A stretch of DNA of 64,000 nt from Podarcis melisellensis (lineage: Eukaryota), in assembly GCA_964234715.1 (NCBI GenBank), contig OZ174284.1. One strand, 5' to 3'. Shown piece after piece: positions 33,909 through 47,410 of this stretch. Position 1 is the stretch's first letter. Each line of letters begins with the position of its first letter. The notes beneath the pieces were generated by a model. It saw only the letters and a list, made by a program, of their open reading frames with translations, did no database searches and was not told the origin of the DNA. The translations under genes were made by a program, and so were the position numbers.

Positions 33909-36900
33909 CCTGGAGGAGGAACCGGCAAGCCACTCCAGTATCCCTGCCAAGAAAACTCCATGGACAAAGACAACAGGCATATAAAAGTTATGACGCTGGA
34001 AGATGAGCCCCTCAGGTCGGAAGGCGTCCAACATGCTACTGGGGAAGAGCGGAGGGCAAGTACAAGTAGATCCAGAGCTGATGAAGCGGCTGGGCCAAAG
34101 CCGAAAGGATGCTCAGTTGCGGATATGCCTGGAAGCGAAAGGAAAGTCCAATGCTGTAAAGAAAAATATTGCATAGGAACCTGGAATGTAAGAACCATGA
34201 ACCTGGGTAAGTTGGAGGTGGTCAAAAATGAGATGGCAAGAATAAGTATTGACATCCTGGGCATCAGTGAACTAAAATGGACGGGAATGAGTGAATTCAG
34301 TTCGGATGACCATCATATCTACTACTGTGGGCAAGAAACCCGTAAAAGAAATGGAGTGGCCCTCATAGTCAACAAAAGAGTGGCGAAGGCTGTACTGGGA
34401 TGCAATCTCAAAAATGATAGAATGATCTCGATACGAATCCAAGGCAGACCTTTTAACATCACAGTAATCCAAGTTTATGCACCAACTACTGGTGCCGAAG
34501 AAACTGAAATTGACCAATTCTATGAAGACTTACAACACCTTATAGAAGTGACACCAAAGAAGGATGTTCTTCTCATCATAGGGGATTGGAATGCTAAAGT
34601 AGGGAGTCAAGAGATAAAAGGAACAACTGGCAAGTTTGGCCTTGGAGATCAAAACGAAGCAGGGCAAAGGCTAATAGAGTTCTGTCAAGAGAACAAGCTG
34701 GTCATCACAAACACGCTTTTCCAACAACACAAGAGACGACTCTACGCATGGACATCACCAGATGGGCAGCATCGAAATCAGATTGATTATATTCTCTGCA
34801 GCCAAAGATGGAGAAGCTCTATACAGTCAGCAAAAACAAGACCTGGAGCTGACTGTGGCTCAGATCATCAGCTTCTTATAGCAAAATTCAAGCTTAAACT
34901 GAAGAAAGTAGGAAAAACCACTGGGCCGGCAAGATACAATCTAAGTCAAATCCCTTATGAATACACAGTGGAAGTGAGGAACAGGTTTAAGGATTTAGAT
35001 TTGGTGGACAGAGTGCCTGAAGAACTATGGATGGAGGCTCGTAACATTATACAGGAGGCAGCAACGAAAACCATCCCAATGAAAAGGAAATGCAAGAAAG
35101 CAAAGTGGCTGTCCAATGAGGCCTTACAAATAGCGGGGGAGAGAAGGCAAGCAAAATGCGAGGGAGATGGTGAAAGATACAGGAAATTGAATGCAGATTT
35201 CCAAAGAATAGCAAGGAGAGACAAGAAGACCTTCTTAAACGAGCAATGCAAAGAAATAGAGGAAAGCAATAGAATGGGAAGAACCAGAGATCTGTTCAAG
35301 AAAATTGGAGATATGAAAGGAACATTTCATACAAAGATTTCCATAATAAAGGACAAAAGTGGAAAGGACCTAACAGAAGCAGAAAACATCAAGAAGAGGT
35401 GGCAAGAATACACAGAGGAATTATACCAGAAAGAAATGGATGTCCCGTATACCCCAGATAGTGTGGTTGCTGACCTTGAGGCAGACATCCTGGAGAGTGA
35501 AGTCAAATGGGCCTAGAAAGCACTGCAAATAACAAGGCCAGTGGAAGTGATGGTATTCCAGCTGAACTATTTAAAATTTTAAAAGATGATGCTGTTAAAG
35601 TGCTACACTCAATATGCCAGCAAGTTTGGAAAACTCAGCAGTGGCCAGAAGATTGGAGAAGATCAGTCTACATCCCAATCCCAAAGAAGGGCAGTGCCAA
35701 AGAATGCTCCAACCTACCGCACAATTGCACTCATTTCACATGCTAGCAAGGTTATGCTTAAAATTCTACAAGGAAGGCTCAAGCAATATGTGGACCGAGA
35801 ACTCCCAGAAGTGCAAGCTGGATTTAGAAGAGGCAGAGGAACCAGAGACCAAATTGCAAACATGCGCTGGATTATGGAGAAAGCTAGAGAGTTCCAGAAA
35901 GACATCTACTTCTGCTTCATTGACTATGCAAAAGCCTTTGACTGTGTCGACCACGGCAAACTATGGCAAGTTCTTAAAGAAATGGGAGTGCCAGATCACC
36001 TCATCTGTCTCCTGAGAAATCTCTATGTGGGACAAGAAGCTACAGTTAGAACTGGATATGGAACAACTGATTGGTTCAAAATTGGGAAAGGAGTACGACA
36101 AGGCTGTATTTTGTCTCCCTGCTTATTTAACTTATATGCAGAATTCATCATGCGAAAGGCTGGGCTGGATGAATCCCTAGCCGGAATTAAGATTGCCGGA
36201 AGAAATGTCAACAACCTCAGATATGCAGATGACACAACCTTGATGGCAGAAAGTGAGGAGGAATTAAAGAACCTTTTAATGAGGGTGAAAGAGGAGAGCG
36301 CAAAATATGGTCTGAAGCTCAACATCAAAAAAACGAAGATCATGGCCACTGGTCCCATCACCTCCTGGCAAATAGAAGGGGAAGAAATGGAGGTAGTGAG
36401 AGATTTTACTTTCTTGGGCTCAATGATCACTGCAGATGGTGACAGCAGCCACGAAATTAAAAGACGCCTGCTTCTTGGGAGAAGGGCAATGACAGGCCTA
36501 GACAGCATCTTGAGAAGTAGAGACATCACCTTGCCAACAAAGGTTCGTATAGTTAAAGCTATGGTTTTCCCAGTAGTGATGTATGGAAGTGAGAGCTGGA
36601 CCATAAAGAAGGCTGATCGCCGAAGAATTGATGCTTCTGAATTATGGTGCTGGAGGAGACTCTTGAGAGTCCCATGGACTGCAAGAAGATCAAACCTCTC
36701 CATACTGAAGGAAATCAACCCTGAGTGCTCACTGGAAGGACAGATTGTGAAGCTGAGGCTCCAGTACTTTGGCCACCTCATGAGAAGAGAAGACTCCCTG
36801 GAGAAGACCCTGATGTTGAGAAAGATGGAGGGCACAAGGAGAAGGGGGCGACAGAGGACGAGATGGTTGGATAGTGTTTTCGAGGCTACCAGCATGAGTT

Positions 36901-37006
36901 TGACGAAACTGCGGGAGGCAGTAGAGGACAGGAGTGCCTGGTGTGCTCTGGTCCATGGGGTCACGAAGAGTCGGACACGACTAAATGACTAAACAACAAC
37001 AACAAC
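33782..37006 (+). mobile_element. Full-length BovB (RTE) LINE
   Basis: About 3.2 kb with 5'UTR, AP endonuclease, RT and a (CAA)n tail. 12-bp TSD atatgtttctac at 33770-81 and 37007-18. Confidence 0.97.
33891..36992 (+). pseudogene. BovB ORF (APE endonuclease + reverse transcriptase) disrupted by two 1-bp frameshifts
   Basis: IGTWNVRTM, ILGISE, GDWNAKVG, NQIDYIL and GSDHQ (APE); QAGFR, FIDYAKAFD, QGCILSP and YADD (RT). The true sequence between ~35514 and ~35713 lies in ORF 35507-35746. Confidence 0.93.
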
Positions 37007-40000
37007 ATATGTTTCTACATTTTTACTGATTTTATGTGTGTGTGTTTATGTACACAACACACATTTTTATTAAGCACTTTATACACTTTATCTAAGTAAG
37101 ATAAATAAATGTTATCATGTACACTTGTCACCATGTCCCCATATAACAGGGGAGAGTACAATATTGAACTTCATGATGTTAAACGTATCTACCATTGTTG
37201 ATGAAGAGTTGAATGGTGATGGTTAAGGCAAAATCACATTATTTTCCTTCCTTTTCATTTTCAGTTAAGGCCTCCTTCAAATCCTTGAAATAATGTAAAT
37301 ATCAGAACTTGATTTAGCTAACCCTTGTATTAAACAGACAGTTATCTGAAATAAATAGAACATTTTGTCCCATGCTGATCTACTGACTTGACCACATAAA
37401 GGATTTCAAATTGTTTCCTCCTGATATTTCCAATGACATTTTTAATCCAAAGGCATCCAGCAAATGACCATCCCAAAATGAATATGAATGTGCCTTAATG
37501 ACTCTAATAGCTAATTAGGAATGGACAGTGGTTATTCAAACATTCTAATTAAATCACAGCTAAGCCTAATATATTGCTTTACGTATCATTATCTTTGTGC
37601 CACAGAAATGAACCAAATATGAATTATCTACTCATTAGAAGAAACATTGATCATGAGCTTTAGAATTCACCAAGGATTTTTATAGCACAATTCAAGTTTG
37701 TTGTTTTTTAAAGAAACAGATGTTCCAATTGCACAGATTTCCCATCAGAAAAATGGGAGGGAACCAAATGAGCACAAAACAAGCATTACTCCTTGCTTAT
37801 ACCCTGTATCCAGGCAGTGATGGTCTCTTCATAGGAGACAGTGGTTCTTATACAGTAACTAACAGGGCAATCAAAAGGCCCTTCCACCAATGTAAACCCC
37901 AACTCAGTAACACACTGGTCCATTGGGTCATCCTGAAAGTTGTCTATCCATTCTTGCTGCTTTATCAAACACTTGCTGCCAAAATTTGTACTTATTCCAG
38001 GAAATTGCTTCCAATAAAAATCCATTTGCAACCACATGAACCAGAAAAATCACAGTAGTTTTGCATTGTAATTTCCCCATGGCTTTCAAGGATCATGCCA
38101 CCACTGTGCACATGGTGAAATTTGGGGCGGCATTCCAGCATACAGTTCTTTCCTGCCATTTTCATTGGGGAACAAAAGTGCACGTGTGCATAAAGGGTGG
38201 AGAGATAGCCACATATCCAATGTCACCTGCTGTTATATCAGACCACTTTCTGCAAAAATTTAAATAGCAGTAACAACCTGTATATGAATACAGCATAAAA
38301 TCCATTTTTTTCTACCTGTGTTCTGTCTTTCTCTGTGGTGTTTGAGTTAGAGATATTGCTGGACTATAGCCCCCAACATCCCTGCCCATTGTTGACAGGC
38401 GCTGATGTATACATGCAGACTTGCTTTTGTTAATTAATGTGATCTAAAGGTATGTTCAACATTCAGAGTGATTTCACTACATTTTTCAAGTCATTCCAAC
38501 ATCAGCAATGTGTCATTCTCATCATTTGAAAATCTCATCAAGTATCAGCTACAGTCAATGCATCATCCCTTATCATTCACCACATTTTATCAGTCTATAC
38601 CTTACTCCACTAAAACACTTTCCAGGAGCCAGGAATGAAGGAAGAAAAGAGAAGTGAGACCATACTTCCTTACCCTCTATGGCTGGTGGAATAACAACGC
38701 ACAAGTAAGGGAACCTGAGAACCCTTGGGGGATCAGACACTAGTGCAAACATACTGATGTCATCATCAGGATGGGAACCAATTTGTTTTGTAATCATCTC
38801 AGAATAAGTCAAGTTACAGGCAACTCCCTGTTTGTGAGGGGGTTGCGTTCCAAGTTATTGTGCACATTGGTGGAGTTTGCATAAGCCTGCCCCACCCACC
38901 CTGTTCCACCCCCTTCCACTGCCATTCTGTCCTCAATCAAATGCATGCAAAATGGTTGCTTCTTGTATTGTTTAAAATCTTAGCTTGCTGAAGCCAATTA
39001 TGACCTGAAACAGGAGAGAGCTGCTCAATGATCACTACTGGTTTGCAGATCTGGTCACCAATGAAAAACAAGGAACATGTTGGTGTGTCTGTGACAGCAG
39101 GCAGCTGTGCTTGCTGCTTATGAAACACAGCAGCTCATGTGATAATATCAATAGTTAGTAAGAACAAGCTAGCTCATTTTGAGCAGTATTCATCAATTGG
39201 AAATCCAGCAGAGCATTATCTTTCCCATCAACTTCACTGATAAGTATGTGATACACACCTTCAGACTCCCTATGTTTTCATTTACAGAGCCGACAATCAT
39301 TCCGTATCCCAGTTGTTTGGAAATGCGTAGCGGTGGGATTCGAAGCTCATCTTCAAACTGATAAAAACTTGCAATTACTAATCTGCCATCTGCCTACATT
39401 GGCCAATCAGAAATCCCAGTTGTATCTGGGAAGCCAGGCCAACTGCACTTGCAGATCCAATAATGGCTTCCCTTGAGGTTCTCTTCTCACAGCTGCATAT
39501 TAGAGTCTCTGTATCAGTGACATCCTTGCTACAGTATCGACTAAACTCATGAGGTTTGCGGTTATCTCATGCTTGCAACTCAGACTATCAATCTTAACAC
39601 AACATACTCTCCCGTGGTTTCTCTGGCAGTGGAAAGGTTAGTTCTGGCAAAAGATATACAAAATGTTTGGGTCCAATTGTCTGCTTAACTGTCTCACTTG
39701 AGAATAAAAGCCTCAGCGGAGGCCTTCATGGGAAGCCTCTGTTCTACCTGTTGCAAGGAGGGAGGCCTCCAAAACTCATATTTTTGGAAGTCCAACCTGA
39801 TGGGTTTGAAAATGAGCAGATGTATACTGAGCTTTGCATGGGCTCTAGAGAACCATAACTTCCTTGTAATTCAAACCGAGATTGAGTACGAATCAATGTG
39901 TTGTTTGTGTGCACACACATTCAGCAAAAGCTTGCCTGCCTGCCTGTCTTCTCTTTAGGAGTGACCAGCTTGAAGGTGTAGCACCCAGAGCTGACCTCTT

Positions 40001-42231
40001 GGTCACAGCATCACTGCCACTTATAGGATGGTGTAGGGGCAGACTAGAGGAGCAGGGTTGGGCAAGCACAAGCTTCCCTTGTTTTTGAAATTTAATTTAA
40101 GCCACCTACAAGCAGCTAGCATGAGACTTGCTGACACTGCATGCATTGAAATCAGGGTACAGCAAGTCCAACTGAGAGTGCTTGAACTTCACGGTGACAT
40201 GCTGCCACACTTCGGGGGAAATCTTGCATAGTTTACATACATTTTGCATAAGAAGAACCCTGCTGAATCAGGCCAAAGACTCACCAGTAGTCAGTGGCCA
40301 CAGTGTGTACAGTATCTAGAAATTTAACCTCTTTGTCATGACTGGAACACACATGTATCCAGTCAGTGCAAGGGTAATTGAAGTCACCCATCACTGTAGA
40401 ATTTCCTCTTTTGGATGTCTCATTTATTTCATCCTCCATCCCACGGTCACCTTGACATTCTGTTCAGAGGTACAAATGACTTTTGGGCCCAGTAAATTAA
40501 TGTGTGGCTCTATGCTGCTATTGAGTTTCCTTATGTTTTATCTTTGGGCTGGGTGTGTATTTATTATTGCCAGTTTTATTAATGTTGTGAGTTTTATGGG
40601 AGATTTTGTAGTGTATTCTACTTTATTATAACTGGAACTGTATTTTTATCTGCTATTGTGTAAGCTGCCTTGAGTGAGAGTTTCCCATAAAGAGGGTCTA
40701 TAAATATTTTAAATAAACTTAACTAGTTTCTGAGTATCCTGACACTTTGAGTAAGTAGGCATAGGATTCTACAGTCAGACTTAGAAATATTTGCCTATCC
40801 ATTTCCTAGCCACTTCTGTATTTTTCTCCAGACCATAAGATGCCCATTCACTCTTGTCCGATCCAAAATTCACTTTTTCCATATAGAATAAATTAGAATA
40901 GCTAAGCAAATTTTTGCAAAACTATACTGTTGGCTCATATTTTTGGAGCCAACTGCATGTGTATAGTTATTTGATTGATAATTCTTTATTCAGTTTAGCA
41001 CAATGACCCTCACAGGTTTTTTTTTACATGTCTAATGGGCTGAACCAACTTACTATATTCATGATATCCCTGTGCCTAAATAATAAATTTTAAAAGGTGT
41101 TACCTTTTACATGTCTTTATAGCAGTCCTTTTGTCATGTCTCATAGCAAGGTTATTCTGAAGGTAATTGTCAAAACTGAGAAGCGGGTGCTTGTTTTGTG
41201 GGAGACAGATGCTCTGTTTCTGTCCTCTGCTGGGTATTGCAGATGTCAAAAGGTCAAGATCTGCCTGGATCAAAGACCAAATATTTGGTGATCCCTATTG
41301 TTGTTTCCACAGCACAGCTCTGAAGTAGTTTCTGAAGCTTGGAAGAATCCATATATCACCATCATATTTATTCATCCCCAGAGTTAATCTTCGAGAACTT
41401 GGGAAAGTACAAAACCTACAAAGTAGATATTTGCCTGACTGTTCAAAATATATACCATATTAATCAGATGGAGATTTTAGAGAACTGAAAAATAAGTATG
41501 AAGAACTATTACATTTAATGTGAGCACTAGGGTATAGTTTTTCATCGGAATAATTCACTGTACCTCAATTGCTGGAAGAACAAAAGAAAAGCTATTTTTC
41601 TATTTTAATATGAATTTCCCATTTTCTAAAAATAAAAAAGATGAACTGAAAATAATACCTTAAAATTACTTGCTTCCATATTTAATGTCCCCAAACATAG
41701 CAATTTTGAATAAGGTCTATAAAATTAACACCCGTTGGAGTATTTTGGGAGTTATTGTTCTGCATAATTCATTCTGCTTTCAAAGTTCAGTTCAAAAAGT
41801 TGAGAACATTTATTTTATAATGGAAGAAAGCAGATCATAATGTACGTACTGTTACATGCTCTCCCTTTCCCAGAGCACTGAGAAGTTCCTGAGCAGTGCT
41901 TAACAGGGTCTGGTTTATTTTTGGAGAACTTTGGAAAACTTATGATTTTGTTCTAATGTTTGGTGCATTTAAAACTATACAGACAAAGGATAGGCAGATG
42001 CAAATAGCTTAAGCACTTCAGCATACAGTAAACCACCTGGCTCTACCTGTACCCCACCAGGTGTCTTCAGCTCAAAATCTCTCTCAACTTCTGTCCATGA
42101 AGGTTGGCCATGTATTCTTCAAGATATTTCCTGCTTCTGGAAATGGTCTCATTCTGTGTTTCTCTGCCTCTTTTTCCAATTGCACTTTCTTTCACATATA
42201 CCTTAAGACTCAGCCTTAGTGTAGGAAGCCA

Positions 42232-42390
42232 AACATAAGACGAGTCCCACTGGACCAGGCCAAACACCCATGTACTCCAGTAGTCTAGTCCAGTTGAGGT
42301 AAAAGTTAGCCATTGACAGCCTTATCCTCCATGAATCTGTATAATCCTTTTTAAAAGCCATTCTAGAATGTGACCATCATTACACCTTGC
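42232..42390 (-). mobile_element. Old CR1-like 3' remnant
   Basis: aacataaga...ctggaccaggccaa and tagccattgacagccttatcctccatgaatctgt...ttaaaagcca. Related short remnants at ~40247, ~48147 and ~53610. Confidence 0.55.
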
Positions 42391-42697
42391 ACATGCAATG
42401 CACAAAACGTTCCACATCCTAATGACTGTCTTATAACAACATGAGAAGGATGCAGAGAAGAGAGTCACCTTCCCAAAATGGCTCTCACATTCCTGTACAC
42501 TTCAGCCATTAAGTTCTACTGAGGGTACCTCCTGAGTCATTAGCAAGCAATTTCCTTCACAAAAGACGTGGCTGACATCCCTTAGACACTAACTATTCAG
42601 GAACATTAGCCAGGCATTTTCACTTATTCACTTCATAGCCATCATCAGATAACAAACTCACAACACCTCTTTATGTGTAGATTTAAAATACTACCTC

Positions 42698-42852
42698 AGA
42701 AGATGGTGAACTTTTCTTCACTTGAGGTTTTTAAAAAGAGATTGGATGGTCATTGGTCAGGAATTCTTTAGCTGTGATTCCCATATTATTGAGGATTGGA
42801 CTAGATTCCCCTTAGGGTTCCTTACACCTCTACAATTCTATTATTCTATGAA
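42698..42852 (+). mobile_element. Old CR1 3' end
   Basis: cttcacttgaggtttttaaaaagagattggatggtca (SLEVFKKRLDGH) and an attctattattctatga tail. Confidence 0.7.
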
Positions 42853-44536
42853 TATGTCCACCCTTTCATAAAATATATACAAGGCACCTAACAAAATAAA
42901 AAAAAGTGTATAACAAAAAGCAGCATGAAAACAATGATTAATATATTAATTATGAATTAATAAAACAACCAGAAGTCAGCAGATTTATTCTCCTCCATCA
43001 TACACTAAAACTTAAGTATGCAAACAAAAATGCCTTAATGCCACCTTTCATATAAAATATTGATTTTTAAATGCCTAAATATTTGATCTTATACCCACTT
43101 ACCTGGCAGCAAGCCCCACTGAATTCAACAGGGCTTACTTCCATTGTAAAGAGTTTCAAAGTGGCTCCAGGTAGTTTGATAGGAAGTTGGATTTATCAAA
43201 TGTATTTTAAAAAAACAAAAAAACCCTTGCTTTTATTAAACGTCCATGCTTTACTAGAGAAGTGAAGTTCAATTTGTTATGAAGACTCTTTGTGAGTGTA
43301 TATATCTGGATATGTATTTTTTATGGTTCTTAATTAAAGAGGTACCTTTTTGTGTCATAATATTAGTTCAGTCTAGGAATGTAATATTACTTCACAGAAT
43401 CTACACTTTACATTGCTATTATGCAATTTCCTTTCCTTTCTGAGATGAATTTGACATTCATCAGTACTAAAGGTAAAGTTCACAATCAGAAATAAGTTAT
43501 TAAATTCCCATTACCTTTCCATCGGTTGTTTTCAAGAGCAGAGATGAAACAATTAAATTATAGTTGAATGTAACATGTCACAGATTGACCTAGAGCTGTA
43601 TGTTTACTCAGTTTTCCAAGATTCAGAGGAGAAAGTTTTCCATATATATTGAGGGCAATGCATAGTGTGACCATTCTGTGAGACAGTTTACAAGCTCTTC
43701 TCTAAACTCTGGAGCTTCTACAAGGTGTTGGAAAAGCAGGCCAAATGTGCAGTGCTTTCCTTTAACAAATGAACTTTCAAACATTTGGATTTGATTTGCA
43801 TTGGCTTTAAAAAAAAAAAAAAACCGCTGTTTAGGTCGATGGAATTCTAAGCTGTTCAAACTACTCCTGGAAGAAAAATTGACTGCAGAAGTGTTATTCC
43901 ATCCCATGATTATGAGGCAGCCCCAAATAACTGAGATAGATTGCTTGCGTTTAAATGACCAATGGACTAGTCTTGGAATTAAAGGAGTCAATCCAGTTTA
44001 ATAAGCATAAGGCTCATAGTCATAACTGAAATAAAGAAGCAACCAAATAGAATATATATGGATGAATGTTTGATCCTGGGTTGTGCTCCTAAATGCTTTT
44101 TTAAATAAAAAAACCTGATCTGCTTAATTTTTGATAATATACTAGATCAGGATTGTTAATTTTAACAGTCTGTAGTCACAGCAATATACACAACAAAGCA
44201 CAATGTTCTGAACTTAGAAAGCACCTTGGAGAGAATTGTTCTGTCCAAGCAAGTCTTGATCCTCCTTCATAGGTCACAATGGTCTCTGACTGGCTCCAAC
44301 ATCATTAGCTGCTGTAGAAGACATTATAATCTTACAGTAGTCTTCAGACAGCTACCTTGTCTCAGTCATTTCCAGATGGCTGTGCGAACTCCTAAGAAAG
44401 CTACTTTGGGCTTCAGCTGTGTCTTGCTGAGACAACTGTAGGCGTATTTGGATGAAATTCTCCTTGTATGTTCATGAATGCATGGTGAGGCTGTTTGTAC
44501 ACACCTCTGGTGACCATGCAATGATCATTAGTCTGA

Positions 44537-44789
44537 AAAGAAGAAAAAGAGTTTGGACTTGATATCCCACCTTTCACTCCCCTTAAGGAGTCTCAAATCG
44601 GCTAACAATCTCCTTTTCCCTTCCTCCCCCACAATAAACACTCTATGAGGTGAGTGAGGCTGAGAGACTTCAGAGAAGTATGACTAGCCCAAGGTCATGC
44701 AGCAGCTGCATATGGAGGAGTGGGGATGCGAACCCCGTTCCCCAGATTATGAGTCCACCGCTCTTAACAACTGCACCACGCTGGCTCCC
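44537..44789 (-). mobile_element. tRNA-derived CORE-type SINE (Squam3-like)
   Basis: Minus-strand head gggagccagcgtggtgcagttgttaagagcggtggactcataatctggggaacggggttcgcatcccc with A and B boxes, CORE-like gaccttgggctagtca, and a (CTT)n-like tail. Confidence 0.85.
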
Positions 44790-46871
44790 TATGTGTGCTC
44801 ATGTAGGTTCCAGCTCATGAATGGAAGCATGAAATAATTAAACAAGGCTCCCAGTTATGACGGGAATATGTCAAAGCATAGAGCCCTTTCAGAGCTTAGC
44901 CCTCAGGGCTCAGCTAGCAGGCATGTTTCTTCGCTGTTGTGCATTCATTGAGCTGATGCAAACTGGTACAAGACTTCCACTGCTTATCATATCCCGATCC
45001 TTCCTTCACATACATTATCAAGGCCTCCTTCTTTCTAAAAGCCTTTCTGAATCAGTATTCATATCCTCATATCTTCTCCATCCCATCCTCGACATTCATT
45101 GTAAGCTTTTGATGCCGCTCCCTATTTTTATTCATTGCAAGCCTTCTCAGCAGTGTTTCTCTATCCCTTATTACACCCAACACACTGTTGACATTATAAA
45201 CATATGTACCAATGCTTGTGTTGATTAGGTCCTGCTGAAGTTCATGCTGCTTCAGTATTAACATTCTTATTTGTCAAAAATAGAAGCATGGGAGAGAAAT
45301 TTCAGCAAAACGAAGCCAAAAGGAAAGCATGTTTTTTTGGGCGAACTCCATTTGTATGCAGAAAAAGCACAGGAGAATATTTTGGAAACTCAGGCACCAT
45401 CTCAATAGGTGATAATTGTACAAACTGTAGACTGTGAAAAGCTGATTGGAGGAAGAAGCAAATAACATAAAATATTCCAATGTATTAGCAAAAGATGAGT
45501 ATTATCTTTTAAATAAATTTAAGTCAGTGAGGCCAAATTAAGTCGACTACAATAATAATGATAAAAAGCAGCAAAAGGAGGCATAGCCATTGTGCAGCTT
45601 CAAAGGAAAGTCTCACACAGATAACGTTTCAATAGGAACACTTTCAGTATTTCCTGAATGGGTTTCCAAATGGGCTACGTGGATTATGCCTAAATGCTTG
45701 TGCTCTTTCAATGAACTGTAGCAGGCAGTGGGACAAAATCCAAAGCAGAATGAAGAACAAAACAGGGGTGTGAAGTACTGTGAATTTGGTAAAAGAAAAA
45801 TGTGTGGGTAAGCCATGTGATAACCCAGCAACCCTGCTTAAAAATATATCCAAGTTTGTCTATTGCTTCGGTAAAGGTGACATATGAGATGCAGTTCTCC
45901 ATTTTAACTTGGCAGTGGGATTTTCCATCAGTTTTAATATCTGATGCACTGTCTTAGCTGTGTTGTAAGTGAGGGGAAGACTGCAGTGGGTCACATAAGG
46001 AGGTACAGACTTGTTCGTCTTCCATATGTTTGGAATGATGTGACTGTCTGTGCCTTTTCCCATAGTGCATAGTGCAGATAGGGAATGGCTTTCAAAAATT
46101 GTGTCAAAAAACACCAGATCTTCTCTGTGCATTTAGCTTCATTGTCATTGCCAGAAGCCTATGAAATGGCTTATAAGGAAGCTGCTGCTATTGTAGCACC
46201 ATACAAATGTAGAGGCAGAGAGTGAGGGTAGCAAATGGCCTTAAAATGTTTTTGAAGAGCCATGCTACCTTTGAAATTGGTATAATAATAAAGCAATGGA
46301 ACGGGCTGTGTAAATGTGTAGAAGGGTGAGTACTGCAAGAACACTTGCTCTTAAAAGAAATTCTATTTAGGGCTAAATATATACCCATATGAAGGCAATG
46401 TAAAAGAATGGGGCCAATTTGAACTGGATGCAAAAAAATTATTTTACAATCCTTTTGGACAAAATCCAGGCTAGAGAATGAGCCCTGCATTCCCATATTA
46501 CCTTTGAAAGCCCTCTGACTGTAGGGACCAAAGGGATTTTTTTTATTCTCTGACATATACATATATGTTATCAGAGCCATCCCACCAAGTTTCTGTAATG
46601 TCTATTATATCATATTTGCATCCTGTATTAAGAGCTCAAGTTTATCTCATTCATTTCTCATGCTAGTATAGAGACAACTGAAAGCACAAGTCATTCCCCC
46701 CCCCACCCCATTGCTTTGTTCTTTTCTGCTCATTAACAAGTTCCTGTGCACTACCCAAGATTGGTTACAGAGTGCTTCATTAAATTTGTCTAAAATGATA
46801 TGGTAGTAGCAATAACAGAGTGCAGAGGCAAGCAGGTAGCACATGGGAGAAAGACAGAGAGATTGGTGTGT

Positions 46872-47063
46872 GGGCTTATAGGTCAGTTGTAGAGCATCTA
46901 ATCTGAATGAAGAATATCCCAGGTTATGATCTTGGCACCTCCCAGTAGTGTTGAAAATGTATCATGCTTGAAAACCTGGAGAACTGCTACCAGTCAGTGT
47001 GGACAGTACAGAGTTACATGGGCCAATGGTCTGATTCAGTATAAGGCACCTTTCTATGACTAA
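46872..47063 (+). mobile_element. tRNA-derived SINE (Squam2-like), degenerate
   Basis: tRNA head gggcttataggtcagttgtagagcatct...cccaggtt, body ccagtcagtgtggacagtac, and 3' ggtctgattcagtataaggca. Confidence 0.7.
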
Positions 47064-47103
47064 CTTAGCAACATTCTATTTATATAAAATGATTATATAT
47101 TTA

Positions 47104-47410
47104 GGGATGCGGGTGGCACTGTGGGTTAAATCCCAACGACGGGGTGAGCTCCCGTTGCTCAGTCCCTGCTCCTGCCAACCTAGCAGTTTGAAAGCACATC
47201 AAAGTGCAAGTAGATAAATAGGTACCGCTCTGGCGGGAAGGTAAACGCTGTTTCCGTGCGCTGCTCTAGTTCGCCAGAAGTGGCTTAGTCATGCTGGCCA
47301 CATGACCCGGAAGCTGTACGCTGGCTCCCTCGGCCAATAAAGAGAAATGAGCGCCGCAACCCCAGAGTCGGCCACGACTGCACCTAATGGTCAGGGGTCC
47401 CTTTACCTTT
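47104..47410 (+). mobile_element. Sauria SINE with a ~40-bp deletion in the tRNA head
   Basis: ggttaaa|tcccaacg lacks the ccacagagcc...ggcggtt segment present at 51444-51486. Confidence 0.92.

Noticed and set aside
36023-36964. 313-aa antisense ORF (also 27270-27785)
   Set aside because: A shadow frame of the BovB RT coding strand. It is broken in the second copy and has no independent domain.
39324-39345. Minus-strand ttcgaatcccaccgct resembling a tRNA-Leu T-arm
   Set aside because: There is no T-stem pairing, no A-box and no cloverleaf.
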